In this document: piece after piece, positions 54,040-62,821 of the stretch
How positions within the stretch are numbered: the first letter of the stretch is position 1
How the letters are laid out: each line of letters opens with the position of its first letter
From: a bacterium
GTDB lineage: Bacteria > UBA4055
Length of the DNA: 64,000 bases
Assembly: GCA_029559475.1 (NCBI GenBank)
Contig: JAKQBN010000030.1
Span: 10,756 to 74,755, forward strand
Reading direction: 5' to 3'
Notes under the pieces: generated by a model
Databases searched by the model: none
What the model saw: the letters and a program-made list of their open reading frames with translations, nothing else
What the model was told of the DNA's origin: nothing
Translations under genes and position numbers: made by a program

Positions 54040-56925
54040 TTATTTATTTTTGTAAATCTGTCTTTTCTCAAGCTCTTTCTTTACTTCGATCGAAGTATAG
54101 CCTTTGCCTGATGCGGCGAGCTCCGGAACGGATCCTTCGAATACGATCTTTCCGCCGGACGGCCCTCCTTCGGGACCCATGTCTATCACATGGTCGCAGT
54201 TGACTATGACGTCAAGGTTATGTTCGATTATAATTATAGTACTTCCGGCATCCCTGAGTTCTTTGAGCACATTAAGAAGTCTCTGTATATCTAAAAAATG
54301 CAGTCCGGTAGTCGGTTCATCGAGAATATATACCGTTCCGGCTTTTTTGGATCTCGAAAGCTCTTTCGCGAGCTTTATCCTCTGCGCTTCTCCTCCTGAT
54401 AATGTCGTTGAAGGCTGCCCGAGCTTGATGTAACCCATTCCCACCTGCATCAGGGTCTGCATTTTGTTTTTCAAGAACGGGATGTTCTCAAAAAAAACAA
54501 CTGCTTCCTGTACGTCCATGTCAAGAATTTCATTTATGTTCTTGTCTTTAAAAGTCACTTCCAGCGTTTCAGAATTATATCTTTTACCTTTACAGACATC
54601 GCATTCCACATATACATCAGCCAGAAAGTGCATCTCTATCTTTATTACCCCGCTTCCCTCGCATTTTTCGCATCTTCCGCCTTTTACGTTAAAGCTGAAC
54701 CGGGATTTTGTATATCCTCTCATTTTTGACAGCTTTGTAAGCGCCATCACATCCCTTATCGCATCGAATGCTCCTATGTATGTTGCGGGGTTAGATCTCG
54801 GGGATCTTCCGATAGGACTCTGATCGATCTTTATCAGCCTGATATCCCTTTTCTCGTATTTCATGCCGAGTTTGTCTTCAAGATCAATATCCTTATATTC
54901 ATAATCGGATTTAAGGTTTGACATATCCTTAAGCTCATCTTTATTTGACGCCATTGTCTTTAAAGCGTTGAACAAAGAATCCATTACAAGGCTGCTTTTT
55001 CCTGCGCCTGACACGCCTGTTACGACCGTCATTTTATTCATCGGGAATTTAGTCGTAATGTTCTTTAGATTATTGGTTTTACATCCTGTGATGACGATGT
55101 TCCCCGAACTTTCGGATTCTTTCAGTTCGATGTTTACGTTCTCGCGCCTGAAAACATAATCTGATGTATGTGTTTTCGCTTTTTCCAGACCTTTAAATGA
55201 TCCCGTATAAACTATCTCGCCGCCGTATATTCCCGCCTCTTTTCCGAAATCAACTATTTCGTCGGCTGTCTCGATCGTTTCTCTGTCGTGCTCGACAACT
55301 ATTACGGTGTTGCCTTTATTTTTAAGTTGAACGAGATTGTCAAGAAGTCTCTGATTGTCTTTCTGATGAAGGCCGATACTGGGTTCATCGAGTACGTATA
55401 TTACTCCTGTCAGCCCGCTCGCGATCTGGCTAGCTAGCCTTATTCTCTGTGATTCACCGCCGGACAGACTTCTTGCGTTCCTGTCTAAAGTCAGATATTT
55501 TAATCCCACATTTACAAGAAATCCGAGTCTCTCCTGCATTTCTTTCAGAAGTTCTTTTATTATGAAATTCTCCTTTTCGGAAAGACTTTTCGGAATTTCC
55601 TTTATGAATTTTAATAGTTTATCTATTTCGAGCTGTGTGATCTCGTTAATCGTTATTCCGTTCACTTTTACCGCAAGCGATTCTCTCCTCAACCTTTTAC
55701 CGCCGCATGAACTGCATTCTGCATCGGTCATGAATATTTCATAATACGTTCTCGCCATATTGGATGAAGTTTCGGAATATCTTCTCTGGATCATATTGGC
55801 AAGTCCCTCATAAGCGGTCGTAAAAGTACCGTTGAAACTCTTTGATGTGTAATTCATCGTAAGCTGCTTTTTTGTTCCGTACATAATAGCCTTTACGACT
55901 TCATCCGGCAACTGATTGAACGGTGTATTTGCATCTGATCCATAAGCTTCGATTATACCTTTTATCTTCCTGTACTCGATATTCTGTCCGGCTATAAAAG
56001 GTATGGCTCCGGCGTGAATGCTCTTTTTGGGATATTTAACAAGTTTGTTAATATCGACACGTTTGAAAAATCCGAGCCCGTGGCAGTCGGGACACATACC
56101 GGATGGAGTATTGAATGAAAATGAATTGGGTGAAAGGTCAGGAAAACTTATAGAACATTTCTGGCAGTAGTTTTTCTCGCTGTAGAGAGCTTCAGAATCC
56201 GTGTCAAGATTCTTTATGATCAGGTTTCCCTGAGAAAGCTTAAGCGCAGTTTCAATTGATTCAGCGAGCCTGCTTTTGATCTCGTTATTTTTTTTCAGCC
56301 TGTCAACTACAACGAACAACTTATGGAATTTTTTCTCATCAACTTTAATTTCATCTTCAAGCAGATGCTCAGTGTCGTCGATAATTACTCTGACATATCC
56401 TTCGGCTTTCAGATAATCGAGCTGGTTCTTCAGATTCCCTTTCTGTCTCTGGATATATGGTGAAACTACCGAGAATTTTGTATTCTCCTTCATGTTCTTC
56501 ATAACATCGTCAATGATCTCGTCCACAGACCTGGATGTGACAAGGTCGCCGCAGTTATGGCAATACTGATGGCCGATCCTCGCGAACATCATTCTTATAA
56601 AATCGAATATCTCGGTTACGGTTCCGACAGTAGACCTGGGATTAGATGATGATGTTTTCTGCTCTATGGAGATCGCAGGCGATAGTCCTTCGATAGAATC
56701 TATCTTAGGCTTTTTCATCACGCCAAGGAACTGTTTCGTATAGTTAGACAGAGATTCAACATACCTTCTCTGGCCTTCTGTGTAGATCGTGTCGAATGCC
56801 ATCGATGATTTTCCCGAGCCGCTGATCCCGGTAAAAACTATCAGCTTGTTTTTCTCAAGCTCTAAATTCACATGCTTGAGATTATGTTCTCCGGCGCCTT
56901 TTATAATAAGTTTTTCTGATGCCAT
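54040..56925 (-). CDS. uvrA: Excinuclease ABC subunit A
   Basis: Two ABC modules (GISGSGKSS, GVSGAGKSS, LSGGESQR, LSGGEAQR), zinc fingers, SFNVKGGRCEKC. Probable start MASEK (GAGG SD). Confidence 0.97.
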   Translation of the reverse strand: MASEKLIIKGAGEHNLKHVNLELEKNKLIVFTGISGSGKSSMAFDTIYTEGQRRYVESLSNYTKQFLGVMKKPKIDSIEGLSPAISIEQKTSSSNPRSTVGTVTEIFDFIRMMFARIGHQYCHNCGDLVTSRSVDEIIDDVMKNMKENTKFSVVSPYIQRQKGNLKNQLDYLKAEGYVRVIIDDTEHLLEDEIKVDEKKFHKLFVVVDRLKKNNEIKSRLAESIETALKLSQGNLIIKNLDTDSEALYSEKNYCQKCSISFPDLSPNSFSFNTPSGMCPDCHGLGFFKRVDINKLVKYPKKSIHAGAIPFIAGQNIEYRKIKGIIEAYGSDANTPFNQLPDEVVKAIMYGTKKQLTMNYTSKSFNGTFTTAYEGLANMIQRRYSETSSNMARTYYEIFMTDAECSSCGGKRLRRESLAVKVNGITINEITQLEIDKLLKFIKEIPKSLSEKENFIIKELLKEMQERLGFLVNVGLKYLTLDRNARSLSGGESQRIRLASQIASGLTGVIYVLDEPSIGLHQKDNQRLLDNLVQLKNKGNTVIVVEHDRETIETADEIVDFGKEAGIYGGEIVYTGSFKGLEKAKTHTSDYVFRRENVNIELKESESSGNIVITGCKTNNLKNITTKFPMNKMTVVTGVSGAGKSSLVMDSLFNALKTMASNKDELKDMSNLKSDYEYKDIDLEDKLGMKYEKRDIRLIKIDQSPIGRSPRSNPATYIGAFDAIRDVMALTKLSKMRGYTKSRFSFNVKGGRCEKCEGSGVIKIEMHFLADVYVECDVCKGKRYNSETLEVTFKDKNINEILDMDVQEAVVFFENIPFLKNKMQTLMQVGMGYIKLGQPSTTLSGGEAQRIKLAKELSRSKKAGTVYILDEPTTGLHFLDIQRLLNVLKELRDAGSTIIIIEHNLDVIVNCDHVIDMGPEGGPSGGKIVFEGSVPELAASGKGYTSIEVKKELEKRQIYKNK

Positions 56926-57031
56926 TTTATCCTCTTCCTGATACATTAAATAAGCAACTAAATATAGTTAATCGCTTATAAATAATAAACCTGAATTTAA
57001 TAATTATTAATTCACATTTCTTTCACAAAAC

Positions 57032-57060
57032 TTGACAAAATCAAAAATATAGCATATATT
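57032..57060 (+). promoter_or_regulatory. sigma70-type promoter
   Basis: TTGACA-N17-TATATT. Confidence 0.75.
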
Positions 57061-57067
57061 ATTGTCA

Positions 57068-57156
57068 GAGAAATTACAATTTAGAGACGAACTTCTATAC
57101 AAAGAAAAGTCCCGTAAAAAACACGGGAGAAGTTTTGTCACCCTAAATAATTTCTC
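57068..57156 (+). ncRNA. Candidate structured 5' leader / small RNA (long bulged hairpin)
   Basis: Nested pairings GAGAAATTA/TAATTTCTC, TTTAG/CTAAA, GAC-GAACTTCT/AGAAGTTT-TGTC and TCCCGT/ACGGGA, starting at the predicted transcription start. Confidence 0.45.
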
Positions 57157-57198
57157 AAAAAAAATGTGGACCCGAAAGGGCTAAAGGAGGATAAAAAA

Positions 57199-57552
57199 AT
57201 GAAGTCAGCAACCATAATAATCATCATGTTTTTAACACTCTTATCATTCGGAGCAGAAAGAATGAGGCCGCTCGAATCAATGAAGATCGTAATGACCAAC
57301 GACTCCGGAATGCCGCTCGAAGACGGTTTCTACAATGTTACTTATAAAATTTACGACAAATCGAAAGACGGCAAACTTATGTGTGAACAGCAATCAATCG
57401 TAGAAGCAAAAAACGGCGTCTGCGTAGTCTGCCATGAACTTTTAAGAGAACTGGAAAAAAAAGGGTATAAAGAAGTCTGGCTGTCTCTGAAAATAGAGAA
57501 CTACAAAGAGAACACATTCAGAACAAGGATATTTCTGGAACCATCTAAATAA
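57199..57552 (+). CDS. Small secreted hypothetical protein
   Basis: AAGGAGG SD, signal peptide, DSGMPLEDGFYNVTYKIYD Ig-like segment; has its own terminator. Confidence 0.75.
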   Translation: MKSATIIIIMFLTLLSFGAERMRPLESMKIVMTNDSGMPLEDGFYNVTYKIYDKSKDGKLMCEQQSIVEAKNGVCVVCHELLRELEKKGYKEVWLSLKIENYKENTFRTRIFLEPSK

Positions 57553-57587
57553 GCTCCGCCCTAAAATATCTAAAATAATATTAATTT

Positions 57588-57614
57588 AACCTTCCTTTTC
57601 AGGAAGGTTTTTTT
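57588..57614 (+). terminator. Intrinsic terminator
   Basis: AACCTTCCT-TTTC-AGGAAGGTT followed by a T-run. Confidence 0.85.
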
Positions 57615-57626
57615 TATAATTCAGCA

Positions 57627-58556
57627 ATGAAAAAAGGATATGATCTAATAGTAATTACAGGCCCTACGGCGACAGGAAAAACCGGACTCGCGGTTTCATT
57701 GGCTTCGGCTATCGACGGAGAGATAATCAGCGCCGATTCAAGGCAGGTTTACAGGGGAATGACGATAGGAACAGGAAAAGATCTCGATGATTACAGCGTA
57801 AACGGGAAAATGATACCTTATCACCTCATTGATATATGTGATGCGGGCGAAGAATACAACCTTTTCAGATACAAAAATGACTTCAGACAAGTTTATAGCG
57901 ATATAAAAAACCGCGGCATACTTCCTGTTCTTTGCGGAGGTTCAGGGCTTTATATTGAAGCTGTTTTAAAGGACTACACGCTTCTAAACGTCCCTGTTAA
58001 CGAATCTCTTAGAGAAGAACTGCGGTCAAAATCAGATATTGAGCTTGAGAAGATCCTGAATGAACATTTGGTCCCGCATAACATTTCAGACACATCTAAC
58101 AGAAAACGGCTTATACGTGCGATAGAGATAGCAAAGTATCAAAAAGATAGCAGTCTGCCCGGTGAGAATTCGCAGACTATGAATTACATAATATTCGCAA
58201 TTGATTTCGACAGACCGGTACTCAAAAAACGAATTACGGAAAGACTAAGACAGAGACTTAAGTATGGAATGATCGAAGAAACAAGGTCGCTTCTGGAAAA
58301 AGGTATAACTCAGGATAAACTAATATATTACGGACTCGAATATAAATTTCTCGCAGAATACCTTGATGGTCAGTACAATTACAACGATATGTTCCAGAAG
58401 TTAAATTCCGCCATCCACAGATTTTCAAAAAGACAGATGACGTGGTTCAGAAAAATGGAAAGAGACGGTATGAAGATAAACTGGATAGACGGGAAATTGA
58501 GTTTACAAGAAAAACTAAATACTGTGCTTGAGATTATGGAGAACAGGAATGAGTAA
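57627..58556 (+). CDS. miaA: tRNA dimethylallyltransferase MiaA
   Basis: GPTATGKT, IISADSRQVYRGMTIGTGK, GGSGLY and KRQMTWFR motifs. Confidence 0.95.
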   Translation: MKKGYDLIVITGPTATGKTGLAVSLASAIDGEIISADSRQVYRGMTIGTGKDLDDYSVNGKMIPYHLIDICDAGEEYNLFRYKNDFRQVYSDIKNRGILPVLCGGSGLYIEAVLKDYTLLNVPVNESLREELRSKSDIELEKILNEHLVPHNISDTSNRKRLIRAIEIAKYQKDSSLPGENSQTMNYIIFAIDFDRPVLKKRITERLRQRLKYGMIEETRSLLEKGITQDKLIYYGLEYKFLAEYLDGQYNYNDMFQKLNSAIHRFSKRQMTWFRKMERDGMKINWIDGKLSLQEKLNTVLEIMENRNE

Positions 58557-59256
58557 AGTTATAATACTCACCGGTGCAGGATTATCTGCTGAATCCGGAA
58601 TAAGAACGTTCAGGGATTCGAACGGATTATGGGAAGAGCACGACGTAATGGAAGTATGCTCTGTCGAAGGTTGGCTCAGAGACAGGGAGAAAGTGCTGAA
58701 TTTCTACGACCTGCGGAGAAAGGACTGCGAACATAAAGAGCCGAACGCATCCCATTTTATGATCGCTGAAATGCGGCATAAATTCGGAGATTCGGTCTCG
58801 ATAATCACGCAGAATGTCGACGATCTTCTTGAAAAAGCGGGTTGTGAAAAGGTAATACATCTTCATGGGGAACTCAGAAAGCTGAGATGCGAAATGTGCG
58901 GTCATATTTTCGATATAGGCTACAAATCAATTAAAGACGTTCCTGAATGTCCTTTATGTAAAAGCCATGGTCTCAGACATCATATAGTCATGTTCGGTGA
59001 ACCTGCGCCATTCTATCAAAAACTGTATTCAGAACTCATGAATACTGAACTTCTCGTTGTGATAGGCACATCAGGCGAAGTTCTTCCGGTAGATCAGTTC
59101 GCGTCTTACACAAAGTACTCGATCCTGAACAATCTTGAGCATTCAATGGCTATAAACCACATGATATTCACTCACACTTTTTACGAAAAAGCAACGACCG
59201 CAGCTCCTAAGATCAAAAAACTGATCGAAAAATATTTCGAGACCGGAAAAATATGA
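58549..59256 (+). CDS. cobB: NAD-dependent deacylase (sirtuin, CobB-like)
   Basis: LTGAGLSAESGIRTFR, TQNVDDL, HLHG, CxxC...CxxC, VMFGE and IGTSG motifs. ATG 58549 preferred as start. Confidence 0.92.
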   Translation: MSKVIILTGAGLSAESGIRTFRDSNGLWEEHDVMEVCSVEGWLRDREKVLNFYDLRRKDCEHKEPNASHFMIAEMRHKFGDSVSIITQNVDDLLEKAGCEKVIHLHGELRKLRCEMCGHIFDIGYKSIKDVPECPLCKSHGLRHHIVMFGEPAPFYQKLYSELMNTELLVVIGTSGEVLPVDQFASYTKYSILNNLEHSMAINHMIFTHTFYEKATTAAPKIKKLIEKYFETGKI

Positions 59257-59355
59257 ACCCGCCTGAAATCAGTTCAGAAAACAGCGGAATTATACTATAT
59301 AGCTTAGATCGACAATAAATTCAAGCTATCCTTACTTTCTCCATATCAAAATGAC

Positions 59356-59396
59356 AGACAGCTCTGAACTGGACATTTCAGGCTGTCTTTTTCTTT
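59356..59396 (+). terminator. Probable intrinsic terminator after miaA-cobB
   Basis: AGACAGC-TCTGAA...TTCAG-GCTGTCT followed by TTTTCTTT. Confidence 0.6.
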
Positions 59397-59487
59397 GATA
59401 CTTTCTTTTCGGACAAGCAAAAGAAAGTATGAAAAACCATCATTGCGCTTGAATTACAACTCGATTCAAGGCGGAACGCTTATTAAT

Positions 59488-60519
59488 TTAATTCTCTTTA
59501 CTGTTTTCTTCCAATGCTTTAACGGCTTTTTCAATATCTTTGACCTTATAGATCAGATCCGGAAGTCTGCCGAGACATGCGTCGATCTTCCTCTGCTTTG
59601 CGATCTCCCTTGAAGGAGTACCTGTAACAATACTCCCATCCTTCAGATTCCCGGCTATCCCTGCCTGAGCTCCGATCATAACTCCGTTGCCGATCGTAAT
59701 ATGCCCGACAAAACCTACCTGACCGCCGATCATGCAGTGAGAACCTATCTTCGTACTTCCTGAAACACCTGATTGTGCCGCCATGACAGTATTTTCCCCG
59801 ATCTCAACATTATGGGCTATCTGAAGCAGATTATCAAGTTTAGCGCCTTTTTTAATCACTGTCGAGCCTAAAGTAGCTCTGTCAACGCAAGTATTAGCAC
59901 CGATTTCTACATTATCTTCGATAACAACATTGCCTACTTGAGGTATTTTGTCGTATTCCGACTGATTAGGAGCGAATCCGAACCCGTCGCTGCCTATAAC
60001 CGCCCCGTTCTGAATGATCACATTATTGCCTATCACGCAATTCTCGCGTATAGAAACATTTGAATAGATTATCACATTATTCCCGATCTTCACGTTCTGC
60101 CCGATCGTGACGTTCGGCTGTATCTGGACATTGTCTCCTATCACGCAGTTTCTGCCGATTGAAACAAAAGCGCTTATAGAAGGATCTATTCCTATCACTG
60201 AGCCGTCTGAAATGAATGACATTCTGTTAACGCCTTTTTCAGCGGGCGGTACTGGAGGATGGAATGCGATTAGCACCTTTAAAAAGGACTGATACGGATT
60301 CTCCGATCTTAAAAGCGGAATATTCCTGTCGGTTTTAAAATCCTTCGGGACAATGACTGCTCCCGCGTTCGTAGTTTCTATCTGATGGAAATACTTCGGA
60401 TTATGGAGAAAAGCTATTTCTGAAGCTTTAGCCGAATCTATCTTAGCTATGTCGGTTATATCGATTTCCGGATACTCGGTTGTACTTCCTATGATTTCAG
60501 CTATAATATTCAGCTTCAT
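59488..60519 (-). CDS. lpxD: UDP-3-O-acylglucosamine N-acyltransferase LpxD
   Basis: IGSDGFGFA, KIPQVGNV, GANTCVDRA, KLDNLLQIAHNV and GGQVG motifs. Confidence 0.96.
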   Translation of the reverse strand: MKLNIIAEIIGSTTEYPEIDITDIAKIDSAKASEIAFLHNPKYFHQIETTNAGAVIVPKDFKTDRNIPLLRSENPYQSFLKVLIAFHPPVPPAEKGVNRMSFISDGSVIGIDPSISAFVSIGRNCVIGDNVQIQPNVTIGQNVKIGNNVIIYSNVSIRENCVIGNNVIIQNGAVIGSDGFGFAPNQSEYDKIPQVGNVVIEDNVEIGANTCVDRATLGSTVIKKGAKLDNLLQIAHNVEIGENTVMAAQSGVSGSTKIGSHCMIGGQVGFVGHITIGNGVMIGAQAGIAGNLKDGSIVTGTPSREIAKQRKIDACLGRLPDLIYKVKDIEKAVKALEENSKEN

Positions 60520-60521
60520 TT

Positions 60522-62084
60522 TTATCCCCTGTTTTTTCTTTTTAATATCATTACCGGAAGTATAACTTCCTCAAGGCTTACACCGCCGTGCTGAAATGAA
60601 TTCTTTATCTGCCTGTAAAAATCGTTAAGTCCCTTTTCGAAAACAAAACAGTGATCTTCTTTCGCTAGTATTATATTCATCCCCTTAAATGAGGAAGGCA
60701 TTTTATAATCCGCGGGTTTCTGCCAGAAAAAAGTCTGTTTTTTATTCGACGTTGTCAGATTCTTACCGAATTTCAGGCGCAATCCGCTGCTGATAAAACC
60801 GTCACCGGACACCTTGGTGTATTTATTGATAAGTTTTGCACCGTGATCCGTCGTGATGACTATCCTGAATCCCATTTCGCCGAGACTCGTTATGATCCTT
60901 AACAGAGATGAGCTGCTGAACCAGCTTTTTATTGTCGAACGGTACGAACTCTCGTTGAACATCATTTCGCTGACCAGTTCGCCCTTCTTTTTATCGTGAA
61001 CAAGAAAATCCACCATGTTCACTACCAAAGCGAAAAGAGTAGTATCCCTGAGTTCATTCATGCCGGATTCGATCTTAGCGAATTCATCTATCCTGTAAGC
61101 TTTACTGTATTTCAGCTTTCTGCCCAGATCTAATCCTGAACTGATCAGTTTTTTTTCTAAAAGCTCTTTTTCGAACCTGTTGCTGCTTGACTCGTCATCG
61201 TAATTCACGTTCGAGAATTCAGGATGTTTTTCTTCTATTTCAGATGGAAATAATCCTGAGAATATTGCGTTCCGCGCGAACTGGGTCGCAGTAGGCAATA
61301 TCGAATAGTATGACTCCTTGATAATTGAAAAATTTTCCTTTAAAACCTCCTCTATCACGCTCATCTGATCGTAAGGCAGACAGTCTATTACGATAAAAGC
61401 AGTTTTCTCAGCCTCAAGATCAGGAAGAACGAATTTATCGAGAACTTCATTTGAAAGAACCGGTCTCTCCGACTGATCCGAAATCCATTTATGATAATTT
61501 TCCTGAATGTAATTACCGAAAGTCATGTTCGCGCTGCGTCTTAGATCATCAAAAGTCTCCGCGAGATTAATGTCCTTTATCTCGTCAAGCCTTAAATTCC
61601 ATCCGGTGATCATGTGATTTATAGTTATCCAGCCGTTGAAATCGGGATCTTTGTCTATCATTCCCGAAATGACTTTATAATTCTTTATGTAATTTTTCGA
61701 CATGTTATCGCTGATCAGATCTTCTTTTTCAAGATTTTTTCTGATGCTGAGATATAGCTGGAGAGGACTGACCGGTTTAGTCAGATAATCGTCGATCATA
61801 TTACCTACCGCTTCAAGAAAAATACCCTCTTCTTCAGATTTTGTCACCATCACAGCTTTGATATCTCCGTCAGCCGCTTTTATCTGCCGCAAGGTCTCGA
61901 GTCCGTCCATCCCGACCATCATTTCGTCGAGTATTACAAGATCGAAATCTTTCTGTTTTACAAGCCTGATCGCGTCGTACCCGTTAGTAGATGTCTCGAG
62001 CTCATAACCCTTGCTTACCAGATACAGTATATGTGGTCTTAAAAGAGATATTTCATCATCTACCCACAGGATCTTTCCCGTCAT
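60522..62084 (-). CDS. porX: PorX-like response regulator (receiver + PglZ/alkaline-phosphatase domain)
   Basis: ILWVDDEISLLRPHI, LDEMM, VTKSEEE, SILPTATQFARNAIFSG, TTDHG and FQHGGVSLEE motifs. Confidence 0.85.
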   Translation of the reverse strand: MTGKILWVDDEISLLRPHILYLVSKGYELETSTNGYDAIRLVKQKDFDLVILDEMMVGMDGLETLRQIKAADGDIKAVMVTKSEEEGIFLEAVGNMIDDYLTKPVSPLQLYLSIRKNLEKEDLISDNMSKNYIKNYKVISGMIDKDPDFNGWITINHMITGWNLRLDEIKDINLAETFDDLRRSANMTFGNYIQENYHKWISDQSERPVLSNEVLDKFVLPDLEAEKTAFIVIDCLPYDQMSVIEEVLKENFSIIKESYYSILPTATQFARNAIFSGLFPSEIEEKHPEFSNVNYDDESSSNRFEKELLEKKLISSGLDLGRKLKYSKAYRIDEFAKIESGMNELRDTTLFALVVNMVDFLVHDKKKGELVSEMMFNESSYRSTIKSWFSSSSLLRIITSLGEMGFRIVITTDHGAKLINKYTKVSGDGFISSGLRLKFGKNLTTSNKKQTFFWQKPADYKMPSSFKGMNIILAKEDHCFVFEKGLNDFYRQIKNSFQHGGVSLEEVILPVMILKRKNRG

Positions 62085-62821
62085 AATGATACCTCCGCGA
62101 ACCCTGCAGGATTTTCATTTATATCCATTTTAGTATAAAATAGAGTAAGTTTAGTTGGCGGATTGAAAGTCCTGAACCTTATCCTTTTAGGCATAATATA
62201 GCCGTTATCCGAACTGAAATAATCGTATTCGCGCTTGAACATAAGCTCGCGTTCGTAATACTGCGAAACTTCCGTAATGAGAAAATTCTTATTGACCGTA
62301 ACGAACTGATATTCTTTTTCGTTCAATTCTATTCTGAAATTTATCCTGTCTTTTTCCCTTCCCGTTATTTTAAAAGGGACTTCAGAAGGTTCATAGCATA
62401 AGAGCGAGTTCTTAAGTTGAGAAACAGTAATATCCATTCCCGTTATTCTTTTTACGGAATTCTCACCGCTTTGCCCGGTGATCAGGATTTTATTGAAGTA
62501 ATTGACAGCCTTTACTGAGTCTTTATTAATAAACAAAACAGCTTCAGTCTCGCCGACAAGCCCGTTGATCTCTATATATACTGTGTCGTTCCTGGAAATA
62601 TAAAGATATCCGCTCGACTGATTTTTATCAGAGGGTGTTGAGTAAGAAAAATCAAATTTCCCCGACACCGATCTCAGTTTTCCGTAATTTTGATTAATTA
62701 CGTACAGGATCTGATCTTCGCTTGCAGTATCCAGGTCGTATTCCTTTAAATTCATTCCGCTATAAAAGCAGCCTGTAATAAATAACGTCAGCAGCAATAC
62801 TATTAAAAACTGCGCTTTCAT
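62081..62821 (-). CDS. DUF4292-like lipoprotein (LolA/LolB-like fold)
   Basis: Lipobox ITGC, beta-rich body; follows a TPR protein, an arrangement common in FCB genomes. Confidence 0.62.
   Translation of the reverse strand: MKAQFLIVLLLTLFITGCFYSGMNLKEYDLDTASEDQILYVINQNYGKLRSVSGKFDFSYSTPSDKNQSSGYLYISRNDTVYIEINGLVGETEAVLFINKDSVKAVNYFNKILITGQSGENSVKRITGMDITVSQLKNSLLCYEPSEVPFKITGREKDRINFRIELNEKEYQFVTVNKNFLITEVSQYYERELMFKREYDYFSSDNGYIMPKRIRFRTFNPPTKLTLFYTKMDINENPAGFAEVSL

Noticed and set aside
57421..57435. CVVCH as a c-type heme-binding motif in the small secreted protein
   Set aside because: It is a single motif in a predicted beta-strand of an Ig-like domain with no cytochrome context, so probably coincidental. 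Ortholog conservation would be needed to revive it.
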